A DNA stretch of 64,000 nt from Mustelus asterias (Eukaryota), in assembly GCF_964213995.1 (NCBI RefSeq), contig NW_027590138.1:930001-994000 (forward strand), written 5' to 3'. This document shows positions 60,741 to 64,000 of this stretch, piece by piece. The position numbers were made by a program, and so were the translations under genes. Each line of letters opens with the position of its first letter. Within the stretch, counting starts at the first letter, position 1. The notes below the pieces were generated by a model. It searched no databases, was not told where the DNA came from, and saw only the letters and a list, made by a program, of their open reading frames with translations.

Positions 60741-61282
60741 CTCCCAATAGTGCTCCACGACTGACACTTCAGTCACTTGCTCCACCTCATTTCTTAACTG
60801 TCTAATAGAAAGTGAGTCCAGGAATTGATAATGAAAAATAAGGAGCTGGGAGATGAATTGAACAAGTATTTTGCCTCGGTGTTCACAATAGAGGATACAG
60901 TTAAAACTCAGAAACAACTGGAAATCAGAAAACAGAAGTGTGGGATGAACTCTGAAAAAGCACAATTACCAGGGAAGTGGTCCTCAGCAAACTGTTGGAG
61001 CTGTGGGCTGATGAGTCCTCGGGTCCTGCTGGGCTTCATTCTCGAGTCTTAACAGAGTGAGATAGTTGATGTGTTGTTCAATTTTCTAAAATTCCCCATC
61101 GGGAATTGGATAAAGGGAAACCAGTGGATGCGCTGTACTTAGATTTCCAGAAGACATTTGATGAGGTGCCACATGAAATGTTATTGCAGCAAATAAAAAT
61201 TCATGCTGCGGGGATAACATATTGGCGTGGATAGAAGATTGGCTTACAGCAAACAGTGGGCAGAAATGGATCATTTTCTGGT

Positions 61283-62135
61283 TTAAGAGAGAGAGACCTG
61301 GGCCAACCTTTCCAGAGTCTGCACCCTCCCTGGATTCACTTCCTTTCCCTTCAGTTGCTGCAAGTCCCCAATTTCCCCCAGAATGAGAAAAGAAATGGAA
61401 AGGGGGAGAAAAGAAAGCGTTTTACTCACAGATATTAGCGACAGGAGGAAGTATCAGTCAGTCTGAAGGTCAATCTTCATTCACACAAAGCCTGCGCTCA
61501 GATTGGCCGGAAGACCAGAATCCTTCCGGTCCTCCAACTCTTCCCATTGGTCAACACCTCAGCATGAAGATCAGAGGGTGGGTTCTCCCCTGCACATGCG
61601 CAGCTTCCCCTCTCCCTCGCACATGTGATGTCCTGGGCCAGGGGGAGGGGGAGCTCACCGAGCGGCTTCTCGTTCTGGCCGGAGCCGCCAGCCGGTTGCC
61701 TGGAAACCTTGACTCAAGGAGGTGTAAGGGGAGGGGAACAATGGATGGGGGCGGGGCTCCCGGGTCCGCGCGCCCGGGCCTGCGCACTGGAACCCGGAGA
61801 CATCACCGCGGAGCAGAGTGACTCCTATTGGCTGATTCAGGCAGGGCTCCATTGTGACGTCACAATGCAGAAGTTGGCCAATGAGCTTCAGAGTGAAACT
61901 CCCTCCTCTGGACAACATCTGGGAGGAAATCAATGTTTCCCCCTTTCCATTTCTTTTCTCATTCTGGGGGAAATTGGGGACTTGCAGCAACTGAAGGGAA
62001 TGAAGTGAATTTGGTCTGTATATTCCACACATTTTTACTCCAGTAATGTGGACATTTATCTGTCTGGCAGCTGGCATGGAAATTTTCAGCTCTCTGCCTC
62101 CAGGGCAGGAAGCAGTGAGCATGGATCTGTCAATC
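61283..62135. promoter_or_regulatory. Bidirectional promoter (type III): first exon of ZNF-G (minus) and an orphan plus-strand ZNF 5' end
   Basis: Minus donor GTGAGT at 61429; inverted copies of the same intron-start module at ~61330-61415 and 61935-62010; palindrome attgtgacgtcacaat. Confidence 0.7.
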
Positions 62136-62525
62136 ACACATGAGGATGGCCTCAACCGGGATCTTGGGACATGTCACACTATCTGTAACCCCCACAACTT
62201 GCCTGGGCTTGCAAAATCTCACTAACTGTCCTAGTTGGAGACAATACACATCTCTTTAACCTGTGCTTAACCCTCTCTCCACTCACATTGTCTGTACCTT
62301 TAAGACTTGATTACCTGTAAAGACTCGCATTCCAACCATTATCTTGAAAATTGAGTTTGTGTCTTTAGATGCCCTGTTTGTGAACAGAACTCCCACTCAC
62401 CTGATGAAGGAGCAGCGCTCCGAAAGCCTGTGGGTTATGCTACCAAATTAACCTGTTGGATTTTAACCTGGTGTTGTGAGACTTCTTACTGTGCTTACCC
62501 CAGTCCAACGCAGGCATCTCCACAC
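62136..62525 (+). mobile_element. Penelope family A 3' fragment with hammerhead motif (62398-62432)
   Basis: THEDGLNRDLG..SHY*; CAC-CTGATGA-A-GGAGC-agc-GCTCC-GAAA-gc-CT-GTG. Confidence 0.8.
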
Positions 62526-62954
62526 TCTGAGTGGAAACAGAGACAAGTAGGAGAGACCGGAGGGGAGGAGAGAGATTTTATACATCTACAACTCAACAGG
62601 AACTTTGACAGAATTTCCAAACCCTGTGAACACCATCAGCTCCAAGTTCCTCTCCAACTCACACACCATCCTGACTTGTCTGACATCCAGTACTGAAAGA
62701 ACAGAAATTTATTTCATATAAATACTGGGAAGACTGAACCCATTGTGTTCAGTCCCCACTACAAACTCCACTCCCTTGCCAACAACTTTATCTCTCCTCC
62801 TGGCAACTGGCTGAGGCTGAACCAGGCTGTTCACAACCAGGGTGAAATAGTGCATCTCAAGGTGAGCTTCCAGCCACATGTCCACATCATCATCAAGACC
62901 ACCTTCATTTATAGAAGCATTAATAGTAATTAATTAATAATAATGAATAATAAA

Positions 62955-63250
62955 ATACAGTGTAGAAGGAGGCCATTCAGCCCATCGAGCCTGCACTGAC
63001 AAAAATCCCATCCAGGCCCTATCCACATATTTACCTGTTAATCCCCCTGATACCAAGTGGCAATTTATCGTGGCCAATCCGTCTAACCGGCACATCTTTG
63101 GACTGTGGAAGGAAACCGGAACACCCGGAGGAAACCCACACAGACACGGGGAGAATGTAGAAACTCTGCACAGACAGCGACCCGAGGCTGGAATTGAACC
63201 CGGGTCCCTGGCGCTGTTAGGCAGCTGCACTAACCACTGTGCCACCGGGC
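62955..63250 (-). mobile_element. HE1-like V-SINE
   Basis: Head, V-core and tail on the minus strand. Confidence 0.85.
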
Positions 63251-63301
63251 CACATGTCAGTGCCATCGCCCGACTCCAGCCCAGTCTCAGCTCATCTGGA
63301 A

Positions 63302-63607
63302 CCCTCACCCATTCCATTGTGACATCACACCCTCACCCATTCCATTGTGACGTCACACTCTCACCCATTCCATTGTGACGTCACACTCTCACCCATTCCA
63401 TTGTGACGTCACACCCTCACCCATTCCATTGTGACGTCACACTCTCACCCATTCCATTGTGACATCACACTCTCACCCATTCCATTGTGACGTCACACCC
63501 TCACCCATTCCATTGTGACCTCACACTCCCACCCATTCCATTGTGACGTCACACTCTCACCCATTCCATTGTGATGTCACACCCTCACCCATTCCATTGT
63601 GACGTCA
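63302..63607. repeat. 28-bp tandem repeat, 11 copies, CRE-containing
   Basis: Unit cacccattccattgtgacgtcacac(t/c)ct; 7 copies carry a perfect TGACGTCA. Confidence 0.95.
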
Positions 63608-64000
63608 GGGCTTCGCTCTCCGATCACAATCCCTGCCGGCCTCCCACATGCAGCCTCAATGGCGGCAGTCAGCCCGGGTCTAACACTACAACCTGCCGCT
63701 CCATTTGGTACAAAGGGGGGGACCGGGAAGTTCATTTCCGGGGTTTGGGTTTGAACAACATGTTTACAAAGTCTCTCCACCCACCCGCCACATTTATCAT
63801 TCCCCGCGCGCCGCCCTCTACCTCGTATTGATCTCGCTTCCAAGTTATAACCGTCCGTCCGTCGCCATTACCCGCACTGCGCATGTTTCAGTTCCCGCCC
63901 CTCATTCACTCCGATTGGTTGGAGGACCAGCCGTTCCCGCTCGGTCCTCCAGCCTCGCCCCCTCTTCCTATTGGTCCGGAGCTGCCGTCAATCAGACCCG
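63608..64000. promoter_or_regulatory. CpG-island promoter (type II), runs off the window end
   Basis: Homologous to 33930-34270 (gaacaacatgtttacaaa...gtcgccattac...ctcattcactccgattggttggaggaccagccg). Confidence 0.7.

Overview
Eukaryotic, TE-rich vertebrate DNA, almost certainly from a shark or other elasmobranch (inferred from HE1/V-SINE-type and Deu-type SINEs, CR1, Rex1/Babar and Penelope families). The window is a tandem cluster of C2H2 (Kruppel-type) zinc-finger genes: five apparently intact arrays (9, 11, 11, 8-finger, 13 and 7 fingers counting the re-started gene at 34929), one nonsense-truncated gene and two pseudogenes. Each has a short upstream first exon in or near a CpG-rich promoter cassette and one large finger exon. 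No KRAB, SCAN or BTB domain is visible. Intergenic DNA is layered with nested LINEs, SINEs, LTR remnants and minisatellites. The most unusual signals are: (1) two Penelope-like families carrying minimal hammerhead-ribozyme motifs, one with a U3:A8 covariant core, which form small self-inverted insertions with TSDs; (2) a V-SINE subfamily whose 3' stem-loop mimics the Rex1/Babar LINE tail; (3) finger-only ZNF genes that start at a Met created in a finger linker (TGEKP to TMEKP); (4) repeated tandem-repeat expansions inside ZNF promoters and first exons. All calls are by eye; repeat boundaries are approximate and no database searches were run.
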